Assembly: GCA_014879445.1 (NCBI GenBank)
Contig: JACSSC010000028.1
Span: forward strand, 5,134-69,133
Direction of reading: 5' to 3'
DNA: 64,000 nt
Source: Candidatus Competibacteraceae bacterium
GTDB taxonomy: Bacteria; Bacteroidota; Bacteroidia; CAIKAF01
The position numbers and the translations under genes were made by a program. Numbering within the stretch: the first letter of the stretch is position 1; every line of letters starts with the position of its first letter. This document shows, piece after piece, positions 8,356 to 19,299 of this stretch. The notes under the pieces are model-generated. The model was given only the letters and a program-made list of their open reading frames with translations. It searched no databases and was not told the origin of the DNA.

Positions 8356-8984
8356 TTAAGTTAAATAAGTATGGAATTGTGCTTTCTCAGATTCAGGTTT
8401 GCCATATTGAGATGTTAAGAGAGTGGAGAAACCGTGATGAAATAAGAAGGATGATGCAAAAGAGTGATGTAATCACCTCAGAGCAACAGAAAGAGTGGTT
8501 TCAAAAAATAAATGAGAATCACGACTTGTATTTTATTTATGAAGAGGTTGGAGTTGTTCACTTAAAAAATATTGAATGGAATGAGGGAAAAGCCGAGGCG
8601 GGCATTTTTGCTTCTTCATCCGAATTATCAACCTCTATCCAATCCATTAAGGCGATTCTTGTTTTGATGGATTTTGCCTTTGGAGCTATGGGTTTAAAGA
8701 CGCTTGAAGCAAAAGTTAAAGATGATAATAAATCAGTAATTGATTTGAATCTTGCATTGGGTTATGAATTTTCTCAAAGAGAATCAAACGAATTTTGTAG
8801 GTATCAGTGTTTTCCTGAAAATTATACAAATGCTACTGCGAAGTGGCATGCTCATTTCTCTAAAATGGGTAATGAAAAAGAAAATATACTACATGTTAAA
8901 TACTCTTCCGAATCTATGATTGCAACTCAACTTCATCAGGTTGATGGGTTTTTATTTAGGGCAGAACCACTGTTTCCATTGTAG
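8352..8984 (+). CDS. GNAT N-acyltransferase (PseH-like)
   Basis: EMLREWRN, ITSEQQKEWF, EAGIF, N..VI.LN..LGY. Confidence 0.75.
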   Translation: MIKLNKYGIVLSQIQVCHIEMLREWRNRDEIRRMMQKSDVITSEQQKEWFQKINENHDLYFIYEEVGVVHLKNIEWNEGKAEAGIFASSSELSTSIQSIKAILVLMDFAFGAMGLKTLEAKVKDDNKSVIDLNLALGYEFSQRESNEFCRYQCFPENYTNATAKWHAHFSKMGNEKENILHVKYSSESMIATQLHQVDGFLFRAEPLFPL

Positions 8985-9815
8985 CCGAATCATTAATCGT
9001 ATTGGGAAACATGGATGAAAGCCCCATTTAATGAATCGTTGTATAATACATTGTTCAGCATAAGGAATTTTTTTCAACGACATGTCTTTGTATAGTTTGC
9101 TTTCTACTTTTCTCCATTCATATTTGTTATACTTAAAATAGGTTCTTGGTTGACGTTTTTTAAAAATCTCCATACCAATATGAAATGTTTGATTCCCGTC
9201 TTGTATCCAAAGTAGAGATTGTGCATAGCAAAATAAGTTTTGCGAAAATGATATTTCAAAGAATGGAACCCCAACGCAAATATTTGATAAAAAGAATTGA
9301 GGAATGAGTGATTTGTGAAATACAAAACAGTCGAACCCAGGATGTGATTTGCCTGTCTGCAAATAAATTTTTTCAATATCTTCAACACGGGTATGTATTA
9401 CCGGAATCCGCCTTCTATTGATAATTAGAGCATCATGCCCGTTTTCTAAATGTTCTATAATTTGCGTGTAAAAGTTTGGATAGAGTGAGATGTCAATATT
9501 TGTATATATGAAATAATCGGCATTACTGTATTGAAATGCTTTTTCTAATATTTCTCTGATGATAGGTAGTTTTCGAGGATGTTTAAATTGCTGAAAGTCC
9601 AGTACAGATTCTGTCAAATGAGGCAATTTTTCAAAATCAGAGGGAATTATATCTTTGTCTTCTTGATAGCAGGCACATAAAACTTGTATGTTTATATTAT
9701 CTTGCACTTGACCCTTTGCTCTTCTTATACTTTCGAATGTGATGTGCTGCGCATATTGCAGGTCTGAATTTTTTAATGGCTTAAAGGGATTAATGATATG
9801 TGCAATCTTTATCAT
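8952..9815 (-). CDS. Hypothetical GT-A-like glycosyltransferase
   Basis: DYFIYTNIDI (DxD-like), INRRRI, HPGFDCFVF; located in the glycan cluster. Confidence 0.55.
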   Translation of the reverse strand: MIKIAHIINPFKPLKNSDLQYAQHITFESIRRAKGQVQDNINIQVLCACYQEDKDIIPSDFEKLPHLTESVLDFQQFKHPRKLPIIREILEKAFQYSNADYFIYTNIDISLYPNFYTQIIEHLENGHDALIINRRRIPVIHTRVEDIEKIYLQTGKSHPGFDCFVFHKSLIPQFFLSNICVGVPFFEISFSQNLFCYAQSLLWIQDGNQTFHIGMEIFKKRQPRTYFKYNKYEWRKVESKLYKDMSLKKIPYAEQCIIQRFIKWGFHPCFPIRLMIRLQWKQWFCPK

Positions 9816-10981
9816 TATTTTGATATATGGTTAATAATGGCATTCCAAACAGGCCATGAGGTGTCTCCAAAATGGTGGTAGATATGCACAAATTCGGGAT
9901 AATATTCTTTGCCCCTACAATAAATCGCACCATTACCAAGAACCATATTGCCAGTAGATTGATAATCAATAATCAGATTCCATTTAGGATGAAGCGTAGG
10001 ATGATGTTGTAGGTTGTGTCTCCATACTGCAGCTATTAATGTGCCTTGATCTCGTGTTTTCCAATACGGGTTATCAAATATGTCCATTGTGTATGTATGC
10101 CATGTATTCATAAAGGCGTGAGAATCATCAGAAAATAGAAATACACCCCCGTTCCAATGTTGCCAGTTGGATTGTATTGCGACATTGAATTCCTTTTCGA
10201 TGGCATATTTCAGATGCTTGCATCGGGGGTGAAATATATTTAGTTTGTTTTTTCCAACAAAATCTTGTTTCAATACACTCCATTTCAAGTCGCATGCATT
10301 TGCAGCATCATTCATAGAATGACTTTTCATGATGGGTTCTCCTTCGTTACTATAAAAGGTTCGATCTTTTTTCTGATAGTAAAATTGATTGTTCACTCGA
10401 AAACGTGGATAGAAAAAAAGAAATTTGAGTAAGAAAAAAATCCGATTAATAAAATTTTTCCTAATTTTTTCTTGAGCTTCAATAAGCTGTTTTCTCTTGG
10501 CTATTATTTCGGATGAAGGGTTTTGTGCATATGGATCATTTGCTTTAAAATAGGATTGTAGCTGATGTCGTTTTTCTTCATAATAGGGCTGGCATTCACA
10601 ATTTACGGCATAACTGCTGAACTGCATTAGTTGGCAATGGTCAGGGGCAAATCGAATAGGTGCTACATATTGATCAAAGATGTTGTCGGGCTGTTTGCCG
10701 AATGCCAAAATATCTGTATCTAAGTATGCAAAAAGTGTATGGGGGGGTAGGATTTTGTGTAAAGATGTTTTCATCCATATGGATGCCTGGTGGTGATTTA
10801 GGTGAGTTGGAGTGCTGATTTCAATTTGCAGAGGGTATGAGATAGGATAATCATTCCGCATTGGGTCAGTTACAATATATATTGGATATATAGTGTGATG
10901 GCATAGTATGTCATAGCTTACTTTTAGTGTGTCTAGATGCGATGCATCTCCGCAAACAACAAAAACATATGCCCGTTTCAT
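9815..10981 (-). CDS. Putative GT8-like glycosyltransferase with an internal insertion
   Basis: FAYLDTDIL (DxD), WNGGVFLF, RDQGTL, HIYH. Confidence 0.55.
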   Translation of the reverse strand: MKRAYVFVVCGDASHLDTLKVSYDILCHHTIYPIYIVTDPMRNDYPISYPLQIEISTPTHLNHHQASIWMKTSLHKILPPHTLFAYLDTDILAFGKQPDNIFDQYVAPIRFAPDHCQLMQFSSYAVNCECQPYYEEKRHQLQSYFKANDPYAQNPSSEIIAKRKQLIEAQEKIRKNFINRIFFLLKFLFFYPRFRVNNQFYYQKKDRTFYSNEGEPIMKSHSMNDAANACDLKWSVLKQDFVGKNKLNIFHPRCKHLKYAIEKEFNVAIQSNWQHWNGGVFLFSDDSHAFMNTWHTYTMDIFDNPYWKTRDQGTLIAAVWRHNLQHHPTLHPKWNLIIDYQSTGNMVLGNGAIYCRGKEYYPEFVHIYHHFGDTSWPVWNAIINHISK

Positions 10982-11000
10982 TATTATGATATTACATTAT

Positions 11001-12779
11001 TTATTGTGGCTGCCATACTTTCCACCAGTTTTCTAATGCATACATTTTCCATAAGCGCCAGTGATCTTTTGTTTTGATTAAATGAAGCATGTATGCTTTT
11101 TGTATAACGCCCTGTTTGATGAGTTCACCATTTTTAAGTGCCGATTGATAGATGTCAATATTCATATAATATGCATCTGGTCCTACAAATCCTTGTTTTG
11201 AACGGTTTAGAATAGTAGCAGGCAATCTGGTTTTGAGCCAGTCGTGTAGAAAATATTTTTGAATATTTTTCTTGATAACAACATCGCTAGATAGTGAAAA
11301 AAGATATTGTATTAGCTGATGTTGAAGAAAGGGAACTCTCACTTCAAGGGAGTGGGCCATAGATGCCCGGTCAATTTTTGTTAATATCAATTCCGACATA
11401 AATGTATATATATCTAAATACTGGATTTGTTTGACGATAGAGGTTTCATTTGGTAATCTAAATGTATCGAAGTGAGAAAATGGGTCATCTGGAATATGTG
11501 AAGCATAAGTAGATGTTAGACATTTTTTTAGCTCTTTATTATCAAAGAGGCCCATACTCATTGCTGAGATATAGTGCTTTTTTATATCAGTGAATGAATA
11601 TCCAAATAAACGTGAATGAAGGGATGAATATCTGAGCCAGTTTTCGCTTTTATGCCACCAGTATCCGCCTAATGCTTCATCGGCGCCTTCGCCTGACAAT
11701 ACGGCCTTAACATATGAAGAAGCTAATCGGCTTACTTCATATGTTGGAATGATAGAGATATCGGCTATGGGATTGTCGTAATGCCACATGAGTTTATGAG
11801 TCATTGAAAGATGCGACTCGTCTGCAATACTTGTATAGAGATCAGCACCTGTGCTTTCGGCTACAATTGAAGCATATTTATCTTCACTTTGTGCCCAATC
11901 TTTAAATCCTATAGTAAAGGCCTTGGTGGGATAATGCAATACTTTTTGCATGATGTAAACCAGCGCAGAAGAGTCATATCCGCCACTTAAGAAGGAACCA
12001 ACTGGTACGTCTGCAATCAGATGTGATTGAACAGATTGTTGAAACATGTTTTCAAATGTATTCCGTGCGGTTTCTGAGTCTTCATACAGATTGCCGGTCT
12101 CTAATATCCAATATGCTGTATTTTTTTGTTTCCATTGTTGGAGATTAATTTCTAAATAATGCCCCGGCCTGACTTGATAAATATTGTCCCAAATAGTAAA
12201 AGGGCAAGGGATATATCGGTTGGCTAAGAAAAGTGAAATAGCATCAGGCCTGATTTTTTTATTTATTACCTCAAATGCAAGTAGCGATTTAATTTCAGAA
12301 CCAAAAATAAAAGCGTCATTACTGAATGAAAAGAAAAGAGGTTTTATTCCAAATCGGTCTCGACATAAAAACCATGTTTGTTCTTCTTCATCTAGAATGG
12401 CAAAGGCAAACATTCCGTCAAGATAATTGGGCAATGATGTCCCCCACTTTTTGTATCCATTAAGCAATACTTCTGTATCTGTGTGTGTTTCAAATTGTAT
12501 TCCATCATTTTCTAAACGGGTACGCAGTTCCTTATAGTTGTATATTTCTCCATTGAAAGTAATATGAAGGGATCCATTTTTATTACTCATAGGTTGCTTA
12601 CCAGAGGGGCTGATATCAATAAATGAAAGCCGTCTGTGCCCCATTCCGTTTCTTTGGTTTTGAGACACATATATGCCTCTATCATCGGGTCCTCGATGAG
12701 CCAGTATATCAGTAGCAAGCCAAAGCTTCTCAATATTTATGTTATTTTCTTTAGTAGATATACCCGTAATGCCACACAT
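11001..12779 (-). CDS. asnB: Asparagine synthase (glutamine-hydrolysing) family amidotransferase
   Basis: MCGI N-terminal Cys, HRGPD, GHRRLS, FNGEIYNY, DRFGIKPLF, LSGGYDSS, SGEGADE, SLEVRVPFL. Confidence 0.92.
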   Translation of the reverse strand: MCGITGISTKENNINIEKLWLATDILAHRGPDDRGIYVSQNQRNGMGHRRLSFIDISPSGKQPMSNKNGSLHITFNGEIYNYKELRTRLENDGIQFETHTDTEVLLNGYKKWGTSLPNYLDGMFAFAILDEEEQTWFLCRDRFGIKPLFFSFSNDAFIFGSEIKSLLAFEVINKKIRPDAISLFLANRYIPCPFTIWDNIYQVRPGHYLEINLQQWKQKNTAYWILETGNLYEDSETARNTFENMFQQSVQSHLIADVPVGSFLSGGYDSSALVYIMQKVLHYPTKAFTIGFKDWAQSEDKYASIVAESTGADLYTSIADESHLSMTHKLMWHYDNPIADISIIPTYEVSRLASSYVKAVLSGEGADEALGGYWWHKSENWLRYSSLHSRLFGYSFTDIKKHYISAMSMGLFDNKELKKCLTSTYASHIPDDPFSHFDTFRLPNETSIVKQIQYLDIYTFMSELILTKIDRASMAHSLEVRVPFLQHQLIQYLFSLSSDVVIKKNIQKYFLHDWLKTRLPATILNRSKQGFVGPDAYYMNIDIYQSALKNGELIKQGVIQKAYMLHLIKTKDHWRLWKMYALENWWKVWQPQ

Positions 12780-12818
12780 CTTTTATTGCTTATTGTTCAC
12801 AAAATAATCAATCATTCT

Positions 12819-13847
12819 CTATATGGATGTGTTTTGATTAGGAAAAATTGTTTTTAGAACAACACGTAATGTTTTTATCATACTTGCAACGCCTTTATTA
12901 AAGATCAATCCATGTATTATACATAATGCAATTTTCAATTTCCAATCAATATGTAATGATATGATTATTATGTATGGCAGCCAATATTCATATATGTCAT
13001 TTGTAATATAAACCAAGTGTTTGTTGAGTTGATTCTTTTTCATATATCGGATAGTCCATATTGATATATATATTCCATATATCGCTATGTATAACCATAA
13101 GGAAATGAGGGGAACATAAGAATAGGGCATTAAATATGCTGATAATATGAGAAGTAAGGCTAATTCCAGTGGTAATAAAATTCGATTAATAATCCGAAGG
13201 GTTGTTATTGGGCCCATTGTGATTGGAAATGATTTGATGCCTGCGATTGTATCGGCTTTGCGGTCTTCAATTTGATGAAGTAATATGTTTCGTAAACCCT
13301 TGCATAATAAAAGCAGGTAAATGATTATCCAGATATGATGATACTGAGCTGGTTGGAAATAGAAGAGGGTAAAAAAGACAGGTACTATATGTGTATAATG
13401 GGCATCGCAAAGCGGCCCCCATATAGGGCGATTTTTTAGTCGAATGATTGGAATGCAATAGAGTGTAAAAAGTACCCATTCGAGTATAAACAATGATGTG
13501 GTAAACCAGTGAGGTAATCCGGACAACCACAATATAATTGCAAGTAAGCTAAATAATAATGCCCCAGAAATCAAAATCCAATTTGGTAATCCGGCCAGGA
13601 AATTAGGTTTTCGTGCAAGCACATCAGATTGCCTGTCTGCCCAATCATTTACCCAATATCCATAGATGCTAATACATATTAATGATGAAATCCAAAAAAG
13701 GCCTTTTGAGATTGTTTCTGCAGACGAAGTAGTATATGGATAAACTATCAGCATGGCTGACATTACAGGTGGCAGTAAATGGTTTTTCCACTGCCTCAGC
13801 CGATATGAAATGATATGAATTCTTTGCTGGATCTGCTTGGCTTCCAT
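12819..13847 (-). CDS. UbiA-family prenyltransferase
   Basis: Polytopic membrane protein with Asp-rich motifs NDWADRQSD and HQIEDRKAD..AGIKSF; ORF-track start is GTG 13862, ATG 13847 preferred. Confidence 0.8.
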   Translation of the reverse strand: MEAKQIQQRIHIISYRLRQWKNHLLPPVMSAMLIVYPYTTSSAETISKGLFWISSLICISIYGYWVNDWADRQSDVLARKPNFLAGLPNWILISGALLFSLLAIILWLSGLPHWFTTSLFILEWVLFTLYCIPIIRLKNRPIWGPLCDAHYTHIVPVFFTLFYFQPAQYHHIWIIIYLLLLCKGLRNILLHQIEDRKADTIAGIKSFPITMGPITTLRIINRILLPLELALLLILSAYLMPYSYVPLISLWLYIAIYGIYISIWTIRYMKKNQLNKHLVYITNDIYEYWLPYIIIISLHIDWKLKIALCIIHGLIFNKGVASMIKTLRVVLKTIFPNQNTSI

Positions 13848-13911
13848 ACCATGAAAATACACATTTGTTGTGATGTACTGTCTTTATTTGTATTTTTCGT
13901 TTGGAAAATGA

Positions 13912-15003
13912 ATGATGATGCTGTCAGTTGAGATATCAAGTTTGTCAAAAGTGTATGCTACATCTGGCAGAGAGGATTCTATTGGCTGTCCGGTATTTTC
14001 TCCATTGGATTTATCTGTTGAAAAGGGGCAGTTTGTTGCGTTATATGGTCCTAATGGTTGCGGAAAAAGTACATTGCTGAGAATCTTGGCAGGCATTACA
14101 AAACCAACTAAAGGATTCGCATGCGTTTATGGCAAATCGGCGGCAATTCTAGATACCGGGGCGGGCTTCCATCCTGAATTAAATGGATTTGATAACATTT
14201 TTCTTTTTGGTCAATTGCTGGGTTTCTCTTATTCTGAAATTAAGAAACAACGAGATGCTATCATTTCATTTTCTGGAATTGAGAAGCATATGTCTCAGCA
14301 AGTAAAATATTATTCGAATGGCATGTATGTGCGTTTGGCTTTAAGTATAGTAACACATTTGCCTGTTGATGTTTGCTTGTTTGATGAGGTTTTGGGTTTT
14401 GGAGATGCTGCTTTCCGAAAACAAAGTATTCAACATATGTTGGCATGGAAGAATAAAGGAGGAACATTGATATTTTCTACTCATGATATGGCTTTGTTAC
14501 ATGGCCTTGCTGATACTGTTTGTACTTTGCCTTCTGGCCTTATTACTCATCTGGATGCAGTGCCTGATATTCTGAATTATCCTGCATGGGTTAATGATTT
14601 GCAGATTTATGCAGTATCTTCTGAGATTTCGTCTCAGTCATTAATTTTGTTCATAGAAATTGACAATTGTATCGAACAACACAACATTGATGTTACTTGG
14701 CTGTTGCATCCAGATAATATGTTTGAGCAAACATGTGGATTCAGTACAATCAATGCCAGTGAAAGTGTTAGAATGATGAGCAATGACAATACTCGTTTGA
14801 GTGTACGTGCAGAGATTCCACTCTATATGTTAAATAGAGGGATATATCATGCCGAATTACAACTTATTTATCAGCGCGAACACTGCGTTTTTTCTGAATC
14901 TAACTGTATTAGTTTACAGATAGATTCGATTAAACCTCCGGCATTTACAAATGCGCTGCGTCATGGATCTGTTAGATGGATATCTGGTAAATGGAATTAT
15001 TAG
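13912..15003 (+). CDS. wzt: Polysaccharide ABC exporter ATP-binding subunit with C-terminal extension
   Basis: GPNGCGKST, GAGFHPELNG.DNI, YSNGMYVRLA, DEVLGFGDAAF, STHD. Confidence 0.88.
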   Translation: MMMLSVEISSLSKVYATSGREDSIGCPVFSPLDLSVEKGQFVALYGPNGCGKSTLLRILAGITKPTKGFACVYGKSAAILDTGAGFHPELNGFDNIFLFGQLLGFSYSEIKKQRDAIISFSGIEKHMSQQVKYYSNGMYVRLALSIVTHLPVDVCLFDEVLGFGDAAFRKQSIQHMLAWKNKGGTLIFSTHDMALLHGLADTVCTLPSGLITHLDAVPDILNYPAWVNDLQIYAVSSEISSQSLILFIEIDNCIEQHNIDVTWLLHPDNMFEQTCGFSTINASESVRMMSNDNTRLSVRAEIPLYMLNRGIYHAELQLIYQREHCVFSESNCISLQIDSIKPPAFTNALRHGSVRWISGKWNY

Positions 15004-15004
15004 A

Positions 15005-16150
15005 TTACTTTTTTTTAAAGGTCAAATCTAAGATTTGATTAGCCACATACTGTTGTTGATCTTCTGTTATATAATGGTGTAGCGGTAAACGAAGCAATGA
15101 TATGCCAAATTTGTCGGTATTGGGTAAATGGGAAATTAACTTTGATGATTGCATGAATGGAGATAGGTGTAACGGCTCGTAATGGGTGGCTGAATGTATT
15201 CCTTTTTCTTTAAGCGTTTGTTGGTAATGTGTACAAGTTTTTTTATCAGGGAGCATCAAATAAAAGACATGTGCATTGTCTTCCTTATCTGGTGTGCAAA
15301 TTTGGATGCCTTTTTCTGTTATAGGGTTTAGCAAATGATAATAGTGATTCCATAATTTTTTTCTCCGACGTGTTACTGTTTCAAGATGATGGAGTTGAAA
15401 TGAAAGCATTGCGCATAAAGGTTCTGCCAAAATTCCATTTGTGCCCTCTCTCATCCATTTATATGCATTAATTTTTCCGGATATGAAATCATGTCGATTG
15501 GTGCCACATTGAATATGTTGCATAGCTTTTTCCAGCCATTTGTGTTGATTTATAATGAGTGCGCCTCCTTGAGCACAACCAATGTTTTTTGTTTCGTGAA
15601 ATGAAATGGTGCTCATGTCGCCAAAGGTGCCAAGGGGTCTGTTATTGTGTGTAGCGCCTATTGCATGGGCGGCATCTTCAATGAGAGTTATATTATATTT
15701 GTTAGATAATGTAATTATCTCTTCTGGACGAGTTGCTCTTCCCCCATAATGTACCCATACAATGGCTTTCGTTTTTGGTGTGATACATGCCTCAACTGAT
15801 TTTGGGTCAAGTGAAGGGTAGTATGAAAGGACATCGGCAAATACGAGTTTAGCACCTCTGAGAACAAAAGCATTGGCTGTTGATGCATAGGTGTAGGATG
15901 GCAATATGATTTCATCACCATGTTGAATGTCTATAATCATGGAAGCAATTTCTAATGCTTGTGTACATGAGGGTGTGGGAAAAATTCGTGAATGCCCCAC
16001 CCATTTACTCATGATCTTCTGAACTTGTTGATAGTAATAGCCCTGATTCCTAAAAAAGTTATTTTCCTTAGCAGCTTTTTGCATATAGTTGGCCACATCT
16101 GGATGTATGAACGGAACATTAAATGGTATGTCAAAATGGCTGTTATGCAT
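15005..16150 (-). CDS. wecE: dTDP-4-amino-4,6-dideoxygalactose transaminase (DegT/DnrJ family)
   Basis: TPSCTQALE, PSYTYASTANAFVLRGA, EDAAH, SFHETKN (PLP Lys), HYEPLH, RLPL; start set at MHNSHF. Confidence 0.88.
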   Translation of the reverse strand: MHNSHFDIPFNVPFIHPDVANYMQKAAKENNFFRNQGYYYQQVQKIMSKWVGHSRIFPTPSCTQALEIASMIIDIQHGDEIILPSYTYASTANAFVLRGAKLVFADVLSYYPSLDPKSVEACITPKTKAIVWVHYGGRATRPEEIITLSNKYNITLIEDAAHAIGATHNNRPLGTFGDMSTISFHETKNIGCAQGGALIINQHKWLEKAMQHIQCGTNRHDFISGKINAYKWMREGTNGILAEPLCAMLSFQLHHLETVTRRRKKLWNHYYHLLNPITEKGIQICTPDKEDNAHVFYLMLPDKKTCTHYQQTLKEKGIHSATHYEPLHLSPFMQSSKLISHLPNTDKFGISLLRLPLHHYITEDQQQYVANQILDLTFKKK

Positions 16151-16175
16151 ATGTATATGATAACTACTTTTATGT

Positions 16176-17096
16176 TTAATTAAAAACGGTTTTGTAAATT
16201 TGAAGTAAACCTTTTTCAAGCGAAATTTTTGGATTCCATCCCATTTGACGGATGACGGATGAGTTTAAGATTTTTCTTGGAGTGCCATCAGGTTGAGATT
16301 CATTAAATATAAGTTCTCCCTTATATTTTGTGATTTTTTTTATTAGTAAAGCTAAATCTCGTATTGAGATTTCCTCACCTGATCCGATGTTGATAATATC
16401 CTTTTTGCATGTTTTTTCCATAATAAGTACACAGGCATTAGCCAAGTCGTCGGCATGTAAAAATTCGCGTAATGGGTTTCCGGTTCCCCATATTTCCACA
16501 TAGGGTTGATTTGAAATGCGTGCATCGAGCATTCTCTTCATGAGCGCCGGAATTACATGTCCTGTTTCTGTATTGAAGTTGTCATTTATGCCGTAAAGAT
16601 TGCATGGCATAGCTGAAATAAAATGACAACCATGCTGACGATTGTAGGTTTGACAAAGTTTAATGCCTGCAATTTTTGCAATGGCGTAAGGTTCATTGGT
16701 GTATTCCAGCGGGCCTGTAAGTAAATCATGCTCCGAAATAGGTTGAGGACTATGCTTTGGATAAATGCAAGATGAGCCAAGAAATAATAATTTCTGAATA
16801 TTGTGTAGATAGGATTGATGAATGAGATGAGATGCAATCATTAAGTTTTGATACAAAAAATCAGCCGGATATTTTAGGTTGGCTTGTATGCCACCGACTT
16901 TTGCTGCTGCAATAAATACATAATCCGGTTTTTCTGTTTGAAAAAATCTTGCAGTGGCTTCTGCATTACATAAGTCAAGCTCATCGTGAGTTTTGCAAAT
17001 AAGATTTTTATAACCTTTATTTGTTAGCGCCTGATGAATGGCACTACCTACCAATCCCATATGTCCGGCAATATATATACGTGATGATTTATCCAT
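16176..17096 (-). CDS. fcl: GDP-L-fucose synthase
   Basis: [53 protein letters not shown]. Confidence 0.95.
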   Translation of the reverse strand: MDKSSRIYIAGHMGLVGSAIHQALTNKGYKNLICKTHDELDLCNAEATARFFQTEKPDYVFIAAAKVGGIQANLKYPADFLYQNLMIASHLIHQSYLHNIQKLLFLGSSCIYPKHSPQPISEHDLLTGPLEYTNEPYAIAKIAGIKLCQTYNRQHGCHFISAMPCNLYGINDNFNTETGHVIPALMKRMLDARISNQPYVEIWGTGNPLREFLHADDLANACVLIMEKTCKKDIINIGSGEEISIRDLALLIKKITKYKGELIFNESQPDGTPRKILNSSVIRQMGWNPKISLEKGLLQIYKTVFN

Positions 17097-18165
17097 TTGT
17101 TAAAATGGATTTAGCAAGTTTTTTTATATCAGATTGCACCATTTCATGAATGATTTGTTCAAAATTATAGCGAGGTTCCCATCCCAAAGTTTTGCGTGCC
17201 AATGAGGCATCGCCACGTAGGCAAGCAACATCGGTAGGTCTGAGATAGCGAGGGTCAATTCTTACTACTATTTTTCCTGGAGATAAATATTTGTTCATTG
17301 ATTTTTCAACCTCACCTACTTCATGTAATCCTTCTCCATTGAAAGTTATGGTTACACCAATTTCTGAAAATGCCCGAACTATCATTTGCCTAATGCTATG
17401 TACCTGACCTGTTGCAATAACAAAATCACGTGGAGTTGGTTGTTGCATCATCAACCACATGGCTTCGGCATAATCAATTGCATGCCCCCAGTCGCGAAGT
17501 GAGTCAATGTTTCCTACATATATACAATCATCTTTTCCGAGTGAGAGTGCTGCTACAGCCCTGCTTATTTTGCGTGTAACAAATGTTTCGCCTCTCACCG
17601 GGGATTCGTGATTAAATAGAATGCCGTTAACGGCAAATAATTGGTATGCTTCACGATAATTAACCGTTATCCAGTGAGCATATAATTTGGCTACAGCATA
17701 TGGGCTTCGAGGCGAGAATGTTGATTGTTCGTTGAGAAATTCTCCGGTATTCATTCCATATAACTCGGATGTTGAGGCCTGATAAAATCGAGTTTTCTCA
17801 GACAATCCGAGCAACCTGACAGATTCCAATAAGCGAAGCGTGCCTAAAGCATTAATATTGGCTGTGTATTCAGGCGAATCGAAACTTACCTTTACATGAC
17901 TCATGGCTCCTAAATTATAAATCTCATCAGGTTGTGTTTCCTGAATGATGCGTGTTAGTCCTGATGCATCTGAAAGGTCGCCATAATGCAAAAAAAATCG
18001 TGATGAATCTTCATGAGGATCTACGTATAGATGATCTATTCGTTGGGTATTAAATAAAGAACTTCTGCGCTTTATACCATGCACTTCATATCCTTTTCGG
18101 AGCAGTAAATCTGCCAAATATGAACCGTCCTGTCCGGTAATGCCGGTTATAAGTGCTCTTTTCAT
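17089..18165 (-). CDS. gmd: GDP-mannose 4,6-dehydratase
   Basis: [50 protein letters not shown]. Confidence 0.97.
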   Translation of the reverse strand: MKRALITGITGQDGSYLADLLLRKGYEVHGIKRRSSLFNTQRIDHLYVDPHEDSSRFFLHYGDLSDASGLTRIIQETQPDEIYNLGAMSHVKVSFDSPEYTANINALGTLRLLESVRLLGLSEKTRFYQASTSELYGMNTGEFLNEQSTFSPRSPYAVAKLYAHWITVNYREAYQLFAVNGILFNHESPVRGETFVTRKISRAVAALSLGKDDCIYVGNIDSLRDWGHAIDYAEAMWLMMQQPTPRDFVIATGQVHSIRQMIVRAFSEIGVTITFNGEGLHEVGEVEKSMNKYLSPGKIVVRIDPRYLRPTDVACLRGDASLARKTLGWEPRYNFEQIIHEMVQSDIKKLAKSILTNG

Positions 18166-18203
18166 CCTTGTTCGGTTTTGGATATGAATATACTTATTTA
18201 TTA

Positions 18204-19229
18204 TTATTTAAGTTTATCATCATACAAATTATCATCTGCAAGCCCCCACTTATCTGTATTGTAAATAAAATCTCCTTTTTGAAGTCCTGCTGCGATTTTT
18301 GTTACGTCTTCCCAGCTTAAATGTGATACATTTTTCTTATCGTCTTTGTTTTCTTCCCTCCAACTTCCCGGATGATCCATATGATAAACGCATGCTTCAG
18401 GCGGTAATATGATTTGTTTAAAGTTGCAATAATTGGCATGAATCAATGCCAACGAGTCAATGTGTAGCGGGTATTCTGTGTTTTCAAGGTATCCTTTTAT
18501 TTGCATCCAGCCGGCATGACTCATTAATGTGAAATCTCCACTTGCTTCTTTATCTATAGTTGCTAAATTAAAATGAAATTTGCCAAGTAGTAATCGTTTT
18601 ATAAATAATAGAAAAGGATATATCCACTTTAAAACGGAAAATTTATACACTAAATATTGCTTTTTATACACTTTGAGCCCCGGCCATTTTGGATGCATCC
18701 CCAAGCTTCTTATGATATGTTTTCGTGAATATGAAATCAATTCTTCAACCGACATATTAAGTAGTTTTTCGGAAGGAATGTCGCATCTTCGAGTTCGATA
18801 GTAGGTTTTTGATTTTAGTTGTTGTTTTGATAATATTTCAATGAGCATCTTATCAGGAAATACATCCAGATTTGTGCAAAGCACAAAAAGGCCTTTTGCT
18901 CTTCTTATACCCGTATTTTTTGCAATCATTTGATGGAATCCTTCCGGGTTTTTGGGGTCTATCTTACAGTGTATTTCATTAGGAACAGATATGATTCTTA
19001 TGTTTGTATATGGATTATGATAACCTGATTTAATAATGGATTGAAGAGAAGGCATTTGGGGTAGCGGATTCCATTCAACTAGTAGAATTTCTATAGGAAG
19101 TGTGTAGTCGGAACATAGTTCTGACCATACTCTCAAGGCAATATTCAGCCGCTCTGATAAATCACTTCTGTGCTTGTCATTTCTGACTGCCATAACAACG
19201 CTCAGATATGGTGTTTTATCATTCTTCAT
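18204..19229 (-). CDS. Hypothetical GT2/GT-A-like protein
   Basis: [41 protein letters not shown]. Confidence 0.6.
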   Translation of the reverse strand: MKNDKTPYLSVVMAVRNDKHRSDLSERLNIALRVWSELCSDYTLPIEILLVEWNPLPQMPSLQSIIKSGYHNPYTNIRIISVPNEIHCKIDPKNPEGFHQMIAKNTGIRRAKGLFVLCTNLDVFPDKMLIEILSKQQLKSKTYYRTRRCDIPSEKLLNMSVEELISYSRKHIIRSLGMHPKWPGLKVYKKQYLVYKFSVLKWIYPFLLFIKRLLLGKFHFNLATIDKEASGDFTLMSHAGWMQIKGYLENTEYPLHIDSLALIHANYCNFKQIILPPEACVYHMDHPGSWREENKDDKKNVSHLSWEDVTKIAAGLQKGDFIYNTDKWGLADDNLYDDKLK

Positions 19230-19299
19230 CTTGCAAAGGTGCTAAACTAATGTACGATATTTTCTGTTATCTTAATCTTTTTTTATTTTTACTCAAACC

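Noticed and set aside
19230-19299. Invertible (phase-variable) promoter in the glycan locus
   Set aside because: No flanking inverted repeats here or at 13848-13911, and no recombinase in the window
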